A stretch of DNA of 40,719 nt from a virus (Duplodnaviria > Heunggongvirae > Uroviricota > Caudoviricetes), in IMG/VR virus record IMGVR_UViG_2734482569_000014. The stretch is one strand, 5' to 3'. The notes under the pieces are model-generated. The model saw only the letters and a program-made list of their open reading frames with translations, made no database searches and was not told the DNA's origin. The translations under genes and the position numbers were made by a program. This document shows, piece after piece, positions 18,544-26,240 of the stretch (position 1 is its first letter; every line of letters starts with the position of its first letter).

Positions 18544-20019
18544 TTAGGAGCGCCAAAAAAAACCTGAAAACAATATAATAACAGGATAAATTTCAAGGCG
18601 ACCAAGAATCATAGCTATGCACATTAAATATTTTGCAATGTCATTAAGCACTCCGAATGACGATGCAGTAGCCCCAAAACCTAATCCCATATTATTAATA
18701 CATGCAGCCACTGTTGCAAATGATGTAAGAAAATCATATCCCATACCATTTAACACCAGTATAAAAAACACCGTGAAGAGAGTATAAAGAAAAAAGAAAC
18801 TCCATACAGACCTCATTACACGATCTGTAACTATCTTCCCTCCTACATTTACACTCAACAACGCTCTGGGATGAGAAAGCTGATTTATCTCGTGTTTGCT
18901 TTGTTTGAAAAGTATAAGAAATCGAAGTGACTTAATTCCACCACAGGTTGAACCTATACATCCCCCAAAGAAACTTGACAACAGCAAAAACACTATCGTG
19001 TGCGTGGGCCAGTTTGCATAATCCTGCGTAGCTAAACCATTATCAGTGAGCATGGAGCTGGCAAGAAAAAACGAATGAATAAAACTTCCATGCAAGTCAT
19101 ACATACCTATATGCCAGACCTGGAAAGAGGTAACAATGATCACCCCTAAGGCTATTAACAGAAAGAAACGAAGTTCAATATCTCTGATTAAAGGTTTTAT
19201 CGTTTTTCTGCTAATAACAATATACCAAAGAGTGAAGTTGAAAGCCGATAGCAGGGAAAAAGAACCAGCCACCAGCTCAACCAAATAGTTATTAAAATAT
19301 CCGATACTCTCGCTATGAGTTGAGAAACCACCAAGCGAAACTGTGGAAATCCCGTGACAAATAGCATCAAACAAAGGCATTCCTGCAAGTCTATAACAGA
19401 CAATACAAGCAATACCTAATAAAGAATAAGTTATCCACAGTGTCCGTGACGTATCGGCCAGGCGGGGAGTGAGTTTGTCATCCTTAAATGGCCCCGGCAT
19501 TTCTGACTGATAAAGCTTTGCACCACCAATACCCAATAATGGCAATACTGCAACCGCCAGAACAATAACTCCTAAACCACCTATAAAATTTAACTGTGAC
19601 CGATAGTACAAATATGCCCGAGGTAATGAACTAACATCATCAATTACAGTTGCTCCTGTTGTTGTTATTCCAGAAACCCCTTCAAACAGAGCATCAATGA
19701 ACGTTAAATTAAGTTCTGAGTCAATCCATAAAGGGAATGCACTAATAACAGAAAACAAAATCCAAAACATTACAATTATAATAAACCCATCACGGGTACG
19801 TAATTGAATGCCAGATTTCTTAGTTGTATACCACGCTCCGCCACCAATGCAAAAAAATATAACGAAAGTTATAAAGAAAACGAACAGGCTTTTTTCTTTA
19901 TAAAACAATGCTACAACCATTGGTGGCAACATTGAAAGACTATAGAGCCAAACCAGGAACCCACACATATGAGTAACAACTCTTACATGAGATGTATTCA
20001 TATCTAAATATTCTTTCAA
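18544..20019 (-). CDS. trkG: TrkG/TrkH-family potassium uptake membrane protein
   Basis: 491 aa polytopic membrane protein directly after Rz/Rz1, the position trkG occupies in Rac; AT-rich upstream region. Confidence 0.8.
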   Translation of the reverse strand: MKEYLDMNTSHVRVVTHMCGFLVWLYSLSMLPPMVVALFYKEKSLFVFFITFVIFFCIGGGAWYTTKKSGIQLRTRDGFIIIVMFWILFSVISAFPLWIDSELNLTFIDALFEGVSGITTTGATVIDDVSSLPRAYLYYRSQLNFIGGLGVIVLAVAVLPLLGIGGAKLYQSEMPGPFKDDKLTPRLADTSRTLWITYSLLGIACIVCYRLAGMPLFDAICHGISTVSLGGFSTHSESIGYFNNYLVELVAGSFSLLSAFNFTLWYIVISRKTIKPLIRDIELRFFLLIALGVIIVTSFQVWHIGMYDLHGSFIHSFFLASSMLTDNGLATQDYANWPTHTIVFLLLSSFFGGCIGSTCGGIKSLRFLILFKQSKHEINQLSHPRALLSVNVGGKIVTDRVMRSVWSFFFLYTLFTVFFILVLNGMGYDFLTSFATVAACINNMGLGFGATASSFGVLNDIAKYLMCIAMILGRLEIYPVIILFSGFFWRS

Positions 20020-20138
20020 TTATAACCACCTTGCTGCAATATTATGATTATACTGTATAAAATTTAACTCCTCTTAGATCTTACTTCACTGTTCCTTATG
20101 AAACAATCATCAAAATGAATCATATTGTAGTTAAGATT

Positions 20139-20615
20139 TTACTTTAAACACTGCTCGGTTATGTATTGCTGAGCACCTTCAAGTTGGGCCTGCATCATTA
20201 CCAGTCGTTCCCGGAGGGTGAAATAATCCCGTTCAGCGGTGTCTGCCAGTCGGGGGGAGGCTGCATTATCCACGCCGGAGGCGGTGGTGGCTTCACGCAC
20301 TGACTGACAGACTGCTTTGATGTGCAACCGACGACGACCAGCGGCAACATCATCACGCAGAGCATCATTTTCAGCTTTCGCATCAGCTAACTCCTTCGTG
20401 TATTTTGCATCGAGCGCAGCAACATCACGCTGACGCATCTGCATGTCAGTAATTGCCGCGTTCGCCAGCTTCAGTTCTCTGGCATTTTTGTCGCGCTGGG
20501 CTTTGTAGGTAATGGCGTTATCACGGTAATGATTAACAGCCCATGACAGGCAGACGATGATGCAGATAACCAGAGCGGAGATAATCGCGGTGACTCTGCT
20601 CATTGCTGCCCCCAC
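20139..20615 (-). CDS. Rz i-spanin
   Basis: 158 aa with N-terminal TM and coiled-coil; embedded Rz1 ORF in another frame; follows endolysin. Confidence 0.8.
   Translation of the reverse strand: MGAAMSRVTAIISALVICIIVCLSWAVNHYRDNAITYKAQRDKNARELKLANAAITDMQMRQRDVAALDAKYTKELADAKAENDALRDDVAAGRRRLHIKAVCQSVREATTASGVDNAASPRLADTAERDYFTLRERLVMMQAQLEGAQQYITEQCLK
20198..20383 (-). CDS. Rz1 o-spanin lipoprotein (embedded in Rz)
   Basis: 61 aa; lipobox VVGC, proline-rich PPPPPAW segment; entirely within the Rz gene in a different frame. Confidence 0.75.
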   Translation of the reverse strand: MRKLKMMLCVMMLPLVVVGCTSKQSVSQCVKPPPPPAWIMQPPPDWQTPLNGIISPSGNDW

Positions 20616-21097
20616 AAACAGACTTCACGCTCAATCTCACGACGGGTCATCAGCCCTTTCCATTGCTTACCGCCAGCATATGTCCAGCGACGTAGCTGAT
20701 CACATGCGCCTTTGATATCGCCCTGGTTTATTTTGCGAAGAAGCGTCGATGTTCTGAAATTGCCAGCACCCACGTTGTAAACGAATGAGTAAAGAGCGCC
20801 GCGCGTTGTTTCCGGTATATCGACTTTGATGTACGGGTTAATTTGTCTGGCGACAGTGGCAAGGTCTTTATTCAAGAGTGTTTTGCATTCTGCTTTGGTA
20901 TACGTTTTACCGAGCATGATGTCTTTTCCTGTATGCCCGTGACATACAGTCCATACACCAACAATATCTTTGTATGGTATGTAGCTGACACCTTCCAGAC
21001 CATCGTTACCACTTGGGCCAGTGATTAACACTGATGCTATAGCAATTGCTCCGCCACCAATAGCAGCAGCAACGACTTTTCGTAATGATGGAGGCAT
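20600..21097 (-). CDS. SAR endolysin (T4-lysozyme-like, phage 21 R-type)
   Basis: 165 aa; N-terminal weakly hydrophobic Gly/Ala-rich signal-anchor-release segment [16 protein letters not shown] followed by lysozyme-like domain. Confidence 0.85.
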   Translation of the reverse strand: MPPSLRKVVAAAIGGGAIAIASVLITGPSGNDGLEGVSYIPYKDIVGVWTVCHGHTGKDIMLGKTYTKAECKTLLNKDLATVARQINPYIKVDIPETTRGALYSFVYNVGAGNFRTSTLLRKINQGDIKGACDQLRRWTYAGGKQWKGLMTRREIEREVCLWGQQ

Positions 21098-21312
21098 TAT
21101 TCACCTCTCGCAGCCTTGCGCTTATCTTCTTTAATCTTGAAATAAAGGTTTGTCAGGTACGTCAGCAGGCCAAATACCAGACTACCCAGCACACCGATTG
21201 CAGCCCACTGTGACGGAGTTACTCTATCGAGCAACTGTAAAAACCAGTAGCCAGCACTGCCTGCGGAGGTGCCGTAGGCAATGCCTGTTGAAATTTTGTC
21301 CATGGATTTCAT
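21097..21312 (-). CDS. Pinholin (phage 21 S-type) with dual-start motif
   Basis: Likely start [14 protein letters not shown]... (two Met codons three codons apart) preceded by GGAGGTGAGG SD; 71 aa; track ORF extends upstream to 21369. Confidence 0.8.
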   Translation of the reverse strand: MKSMDKISTGIAYGTSAGSAGYWFLQLLDRVTPSQWAAIGVLGSLVFGLLTYLTNLYFKIKEDKRKAARGE

Positions 21313-21416
21313 AGCCTCACCTCCGCACGGAACGGATGGCATAGTTATTATGTGTAGGCTTTCAGACACATCAATCAGAGCCTTAATTGATATATATGCT
21401 GGAGACGATGCAATAT

Positions 21417-21442
21417 AAAAAGCTCGCCGTAGCGAGCTAATA
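21417..21442 (-). terminator. Intrinsic terminator candidate between lipoprotein gene and holin
   Basis: Minus-strand RNA AGCUCGC-UACG-GCGAGCU followed by UUUUAUAUU; perfect 7-bp inverted repeat. Confidence 0.45.
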
Positions 21443-21563
21443 AAATGTATTTCTCTGATATTATGTTTATTTGTATTAGCTCAGACTTGACATCACAGGT
21501 TTCGTATATAGAACATCATCAAATCTGTCAGTTTGCTATGAATGAGATATAGTAATTGAAGAG

Positions 21564-21959
21564 CTAACCTCGCATGTCAAAGCCAGATTTCTGAAAATCT
21601 CTGTAGACTTCCGGATTGTTGAAGGCCGGAAATTTGGCTTTATGAGCTGCGGACTTTATCGCTTCGCAATAGGCTTTATCACCGTTACTGGTAGATATTT
21701 TTAACGCCGTGCCATCCTGAGAGAATTCCATATGCAACCTGCATTTTTTCCCTTTCCAGTTATGCGGCTCATCAAGTTTGGCATTAATTGCAGCTCTGAT
21801 TCCCCGCGCTTGCGCCCCCCATTCATCCTGATCATCCCAGCGTCCTGAACTGCAACTACCTGTAGCAGTAGTTTTGTGGCAATCTGAAGGGTGTAAAGGT
21901 GTGCATCCCGCAACAAAACCGACCCAAAAAGTCAACATAACGATTTTCTTTAATCCCAC
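21564..21959 (-). CDS. Lipoprotein with divergent TolA domain-III-like C-terminal module
   Basis: GTG start with GAGGAG SD; signal peptide plus lipobox FVAGC; C-terminal region shares the two-Cys pattern (GKKCRLHMEF...GDKAYCEAIK...PEVYRDF) with the paralogue at 22110..22538. Confidence 0.55.
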   Translation of the reverse strand: MGLKKIVMLTFWVGFVAGCTPLHPSDCHKTTATGSCSSGRWDDQDEWGAQARGIRAAINAKLDEPHNWKGKKCRLHMEFSQDGTALKISTSNGDKAYCEAIKSAAHKAKFPAFNNPEVYRDFQKSGFDMRG

Positions 21960-22109
21960 TTCTTGCTCCTCAATCCATTAAAATCTCAGCAATAGTAGTT
22001 GTTACGTCCGCCACTGGCTCAGAGCTGACTATCCGCTAAATTTAGCTCAGTGCCGTAGCTGTGTCAGAACAAACCTAAGCCGAAACCGTTTATTACAAAA
22101 CAATAAATA

Positions 22110-22538
22110 TCAGGGTTTAAAATCCAGCACCCCATTTTGAAATACTTTATATACTTCCGGCGAAGGGGGGGCAGGTATATCAGCATTCTTTATCGCATTC
22201 ATCGCTTCACGACATAAATCGAGGTCTCCACTTTCTCTTTTAACCTCCAGTAGAAGGCCATTCGGGGCCATATGCATTCTCAGTGTACACTCTTTTCCTG
22301 AATACTTACTCGCATCCCCGAACTGTTTTTCGATGGCGCTCTTGATTTGATGGGCATACAGACGGATATCCTCACTAACATCAGAAGTACGTTCAGATGA
22401 ACTCACATACTGTGTCTCTATTGCTTTATCGGAGTAATATGATGTACGGTCATGATAATTTGTCGATACAGCATCAGTGCACCCGATAATAATCCCACTA
22501 ATAATCAACGTAAGAATTGATGCGCTACGAAAACCCAT
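22110..22538 (-). CDS. Lipoprotein with TolA C-terminal domain (domain III)-like module
   Basis: Signal peptide plus lipobox IIGC; C-terminus YAHQIKSAIEKQFGDASKYSGKECTLRMHMAPNGLLLEVKRESGDLDLCREAMNAIKNADIPAPPSPEVYKVFQNGVLDFKP is near-collinear with the E. coli TolA C-terminal domain as I recall it. Confidence 0.7.
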   Translation of the reverse strand: MGFRSASILTLIISGIIIGCTDAVSTNYHDRTSYYSDKAIETQYVSSSERTSDVSEDIRLYAHQIKSAIEKQFGDASKYSGKECTLRMHMAPNGLLLEVKRESGDLDLCREAMNAIKNADIPAPPSPEVYKVFQNGVLDFKP

Positions 22539-22567
22539 TTTTCCTCACATATGTCATATAGTAAAGG

Positions 22568-22597
22568 ATTATATATACCGTTGTTTTGGACGCTCAA
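22568..22597 (-). promoter_or_regulatory. Candidate sigma70 promoter for the upstream lipoprotein gene
   Basis: Minus strand: -35 TTGAGC, 18-nt spacer, -10 TATAAT, about 30 nt upstream of the AGGAA SD and ATG at 22538. Confidence 0.35.
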
Positions 22598-23135
22598 ACA
22601 GCGAATCAGATCAAATAAAACGCACATTTGTTAACATTTACACAAAGTCTGCGTGGGATATTCTGAAAGAATATCCATAATGTGGAGAGAATCTATTGAA
22701 GTGCATGGTGCCGGGTGCCTCCCGGTGAACAAAATGTTCGTGATACCTGTCGGCGACAGAAAAGGTTAATGGTATCACCCCACCGCACAGGGGGATTCAC
22801 CATGCAGGAGTTTTCTTAGCAAACTCACTGCGCGCCCGGCAACTCCCAACCACATAAAATGCGGAGTTTGTGGCATTTATGCATATAACTCGCAGGAATT
22901 ATCTTAAAAAACTGATGTCGATCCGGATTAAAAAGAAGCAGGTCATCATCAGATGACTGGAAAAAAGGAAAACAAAAAATACTCATCATACAGTTTTGAT
23001 TGCAGGGATGAGCCTGCTATGCACAATATGCAGAATATAAGCAAGATAAAAATATGCAGGCATATTATTTCGGATCTTGTTATTAACACAACCTTTTTAA
23101 TAATCATTTGGCATACAATAAACCAGCCCAAAAAG

Positions 23136-23155
23136 AACCGCCTAAACAGGCGGTT
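23136..23155 (-). terminator. Hairpin with downstream U-run (terminator or pause structure in late leader)
   Basis: Inverted repeat AACCGCC/GGCGGTT with 6-nt loop; on the minus strand it is followed by CUUUUUGGG. Confidence 0.35.
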
Positions 23156-23182
23156 GGTCAATACAAAGGATGCTTCGTCTTT

Positions 23183-23212
23183 ATTATAGTAATCTGAGGC
23201 GTCGGGTGTCTT
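23183..23212 (-). promoter_or_regulatory. Candidate late (PR'-like) promoter
   Basis: Minus strand: -35 AAGACA, 18-nt spacer, perfect -10 TATAAT; hairpin 23136..23155 lies about 20 to 40 nt downstream of the predicted start. Confidence 0.3.
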
Positions 23213-23472
23213 GTATCAGACAACATATTGTCCCGCTAAACAGCGAATTACAAACCACCCTGCAATGATCTCTCATCTCATTTTATATGAGTTGACGACA
23301 TCAGGATAACGCATCATCAGCCCCTGCCAAGAAATATCAAAACTCCCGCCAGCAATGTGTTATCACAATATTGTAAAAAAAACACAGCACCGAAACTATA
23401 ACTGGTCTCTGTTATAATTTGGAGCAGAAAGACCAGTTGCCCAACTAGCAGCATTCTCCCCTGCTTTCCTGA

Positions 23473-23505
23473 CGTAAAAAAACCGCATTAAGCGGTTTTT
23501 TTACG
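23473..23505. terminator. Bidirectional intrinsic terminator downstream of the Q-like gene
   Basis: Perfect 14-bp inverted repeat CGTAAAAAAACCGC / GCGGTTTTTTTACG with 5-nt loop; A7/U7 tracts flank a GC core on both strands. Confidence 0.5.
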
Positions 23506-23582
23506 ATGTCCATGTCTGCAATCCGCCTCGCGATACAGCTTTGCGAAGCATAGCAAAATTGAAGCAGTTTATACGTAAGAAA

Positions 23583-24125
23583 TCAAGCCATTTTCTCAGC
23601 AAATGATTCACGCATGGGAATATATAGGGCATACTCAGCAACAGCTAACCAATTAGCAATCCGTTTTTCGCATGTGCTAAAACACCACTCTGGGTGTGCA
23701 TCATTTAGCAATTCAGCCATTTTGCGCTTAGTCATCCCCCGCCCTTCATAGCGTTGCCGGAGAATGCAAATCAATCCTGGATGCTCTGCCAGCACCTCAC
23801 TTATGACTCGATCAATACATAACGCCTCTGCATCAGTACAATGCGCCAGCCAGCTCTTTTGCTTGCCGTTGATCATCTCTCGCAAAAACGCTTCCAGCTC
23901 AGCTTTCTCTATTCCCGCTTTTTTCATTCTGCGCAGGGCTTCATTAATGGCTGTTTTCGTCAGTTTTTTGGATGCCAACAACTGATTGAACATATTCCCT
24001 GACCTGCCACCGCCAATATACGACCAGCGCCCCCACATACGTAGTTTTCCCTGAATCCAGACACTTTCCAGCGTGGTGAGGCGAAGGTGTTCTCCGCTTT
24101 TTCCTGTATTCGTTGGGTAAATCAT
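23583..24125 (-). CDS. Putative late antiterminator Q-like protein
   Basis: 180 aa ORF that is the last gene before the terminator and late-control gap upstream of the lysis cassette; assignment by position, family not verified. Confidence 0.4.
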   Translation of the reverse strand: MIYPTNTGKSGEHLRLTTLESVWIQGKLRMWGRWSYIGGGRSGNMFNQLLASKKLTKTAINEALRRMKKAGIEKAELEAFLREMINGKQKSWLAHCTDAEALCIDRVISEVLAEHPGLICILRQRYEGRGMTKRKMAELLNDAHPEWCFSTCEKRIANWLAVAEYALYIPMRESFAEKMA

Positions 24126-24412
24126 AAATGACCTTTCTTTCTCCAGATTTCTTGTGTGCGAAAAACCCCTTCAGCATGCATCAGGCGCAATTCTTCTTTG
24201 GTGTAATCGCTGGTTTTTACCCGCCCGTCGATTAGATCGTGGCATGAGCTACAGGCTATCGCCGCCTGCATATCATGTGGTTTTGTCGCTGTTCCGCACG
24301 TCCCCGCCAGCCTGTAATGCGCCAGCACAGAGGTTTCGGGATTGTGATTGCAGTAGCCAGGGATTCTGATCTGGCACATCTGGCCTTTAGCCGCTTTACG
24401 TAAATTCACCAT
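24122..24412 (-). CDS. YbcO-like (DUF1364) Cys-rich nin-region protein
   Basis: 96 aa with CQIRIPGYCNH...CSSCHDL cysteine pattern; same size as the DLP12 ybcO product as I recall. Confidence 0.5.
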   Translation of the reverse strand: MVNLRKAAKGQMCQIRIPGYCNHNPETSVLAHYRLAGTCGTATKPHDMQAAIACSSCHDLIDGRVKTSDYTKEELRLMHAEGVFRTQEIWRKKGHL

Positions 24413-25011
24413 TACGCAAACTCCAGTAGTTGTGCGGCCACATTTTCAACTTCCTCCTGAGAGGAGAATTTACGGAACAGAATCCAGTTCCACAGCACAT
24501 TCAGTACAGATTTATAAACCTGCTGAAACTCGACTTCGTCCATATTCGCAAAAGCGATGGATTTTGCCCGACGCCCACGGCTACCGTCCGGATAAATATG
24601 CTCGGTGTAAAATCCGGCCTGAATGGTTACCCACTCGCGGAAAGCCTCAAACGACTTTAGCAACGCCGTATCCCGGGTTCTACGAGTCGCAACGGTGTTA
24701 AGGTATTGCTCTGCGGCATCACTCAGGGCTGGCGTGTGTTCCCGACCAACTGATTCGCACAGGTAATCAACGAAACCAGACAGCAGTTCTCGTTCGCGAG
24801 GCGTGATCGCCCCACCGACCGGAGTCCAGTAATCGAATCCCAGTTGCAGGAGTTTGAAAAAACGCTTGTGGAATGCGTAGTTACGCACACGCTTAAAGTC
24901 TGCGTGTATCCACTCACCTATTTTGATTTGATGCAGAAAATCGCAACTCTCCGGCGTCGCCGGGAGAAGTAAACCAGAAGAGGTTTGTTTGACCAGTTGT
25001 ATATGCGCCAT
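24412..25011 (-). CDS. Nin-region hypothetical protein (DUF1367-like)
   Basis: 199 aa ORF upstream of the YbcO-like gene in the same operon; family guess from memory only. Confidence 0.4.
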   Translation of the reverse strand: MAHIQLVKQTSSGLLLPATPESCDFLHQIKIGEWIHADFKRVRNYAFHKRFFKLLQLGFDYWTPVGGAITPRERELLSGFVDYLCESVGREHTPALSDAAEQYLNTVATRRTRDTALLKSFEAFREWVTIQAGFYTEHIYPDGSRGRRAKSIAFANMDEVEFQQVYKSVLNVLWNWILFRKFSSQEEVENVAAQLLEFA

Positions 25012-25291
25012 TTCTCAATCTCTCGATGGCGCAGCGCAGCAGATGCCAGTTGTTCAGGCTGACGAATAAAGTATAAATAAACTGGCTATGGTGTAAAGCC
25101 CCACATAGCATGAACAAACACTACATATCAAATAGCTGGTACAAGGATAGAAATACGACACTTATTATTAAAAACGATTAGATAAATTACATTTTAATGT
25201 TATGCAAAAGTTCTTTTTTATCATAACATTTCAATAAAAGCATTACAGATGCAATCATCCCGTCATCATCAATTATTTAAGGTGGTTAAAC

Positions 25292-25378
25292 ATGGAAAAT
25301 AACAAGTTCGCACATCTCGCTCCTTTTTTATCCGTAATCCTTTTCGCTTGTTGTTTTATATGGGCATTATTTTTATAA
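25292..25378 (+). CDS. Small hydrophobic peptide (28 aa), candidate membrane peptide
   Basis: AAGGTGG SD 6 nt before ATG; hand translation MENNKFAHLAPFLSVILFACCFIWALFL; lies in AT-rich intergenic DNA; below track cutoff. Confidence 0.3.
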   Translation: MENNKFAHLAPFLSVILFACCFIWALFL

Positions 25379-25786
25379 AGTAGCCACATGATAAGTTGCT
25401 GGAATCATATTTCCCACTCAAGTCATTAACATTTGATAAGATATATCTAAAAGGACGCCTTTACATTATTTATGCGTATATAATTTATTTATATACACAG
25501 TAAAGGTATCCTGGGAAAATATTTATCGTTAAAAAATACATCATAAATAATTAAGCTGAAATTTCAGAACACAACTAATACACACAATAAGGTTCAGTAA
25601 CAGTAATCTATGTGGACTACATCGAGATTTTTTGATTAAACTTTAATAACTTATTCCTAACACACAGAATGCATAAACTAAAAGTAAAACAAATAGTTAT
25701 ACGAAAAACAACCATATTTATTCTATCTTCTCCTCTAATCAACATATCAATTATGTGTTTCATAACAGCTTGACATAACCCTCCAA

Positions 25787-25809
25787 AAGATGCATTTTTA
25801 ATGCATGTT
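25787..25809 (+). promoter_or_regulatory. NsrR-type operator-like inverted repeat upstream of the YeaR-like gene
   Basis: AAGATGCATTTTTAATGCATGTT: ATGCATT arms inverted around a short spacer; a perfect TTGACA lies at 25770..25775. Confidence 0.4.
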
Positions 25810-25824
25810 TTGGAGGAGGTGGTT

Positions 25825-26163
25825 ATGACACACAAGAGAATTCCTAAAGATTGGGTAATCAAACGCTCAACTCCGTTCTTCACAAAAGAGAACGTACCTT
25901 CAGCGTTATTAACACATCATAATACAGCAGCAGGTGTTTTTGGGCAGTTGTGCGTAATGGAAGGCACTGTAACATATTATGGTTTTACTGATGAGAATGC
26001 TACTGAACCGGAGATAAAAGTAGTCATTAATGCTGGCGCTTTTGCAACAAGCCCACCACAATACTGGCACCGTGTTGAACTAAGCGATGATGCTCAGTTT
26101 AATATTAACTTTTGGGTCGCTCCAGACTTTTCGGGCGAAAAAGTCTATAGCACCAAAAAATAG
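25825..26163 (+). CDS. YeaR-like DUF1971 protein (tellurite-resistance TehB-associated domain)
   Basis: Likely start MTHKRIPKDW with GGAGGAGG SD; strong resemblance to E. coli YeaR as recalled (RSTPF...FNI.F.VAP). Confidence 0.7.
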   Translation: MTHKRIPKDWVIKRSTPFFTKENVPSALLTHHNTAAGVFGQLCVMEGTVTYYGFTDENATEPEIKVVINAGAFATSPPQYWHRVELSDDAQFNINFWVAPDFSGEKVYSTKK

Positions 26164-26202
26164 ATGATCATATTAAAAATGCTTTAACAGTCAGACCCGG
26201 CA

Positions 26203-26240
26203 GGGCTATCCCCGACGGGTCTCATTTTTGTAAATATATT
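26203..26240 (+). terminator. Intrinsic terminator candidate after the YeaR-like gene
   Basis: AGACCCG...CGGGTCT inverted repeat followed by CATTTTTG on the plus strand, about 40 nt after the stop. Confidence 0.4.

Noticed and set aside
18324-18605. 93-aa minus-strand ORF spanning the trkG to ParB-like intergenic region
   Set aside because: Overlaps the 3-prime end of trkG and the likely promoter region of the ParB-like gene; product has no recognisable features.
22949-23189. Overlapping hydrophobic and lysine-rich ORFs (70 and 78 aa) on opposite strands
   Set aside because: Mutually overlapping on both strands in AT-rich non-coding DNA that also holds promoter and terminator elements; no ribosome binding sites seen.
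22539-23582. tRNA genes in the Q-to-lysis gap, as found in Stx phages
   Set aside because: I could not find a T-loop-like GGTTCGA(A/G)TCC motif or a cloverleaf-compatible acceptor stem by eye; needs tRNAscan-SE to exclude formally.
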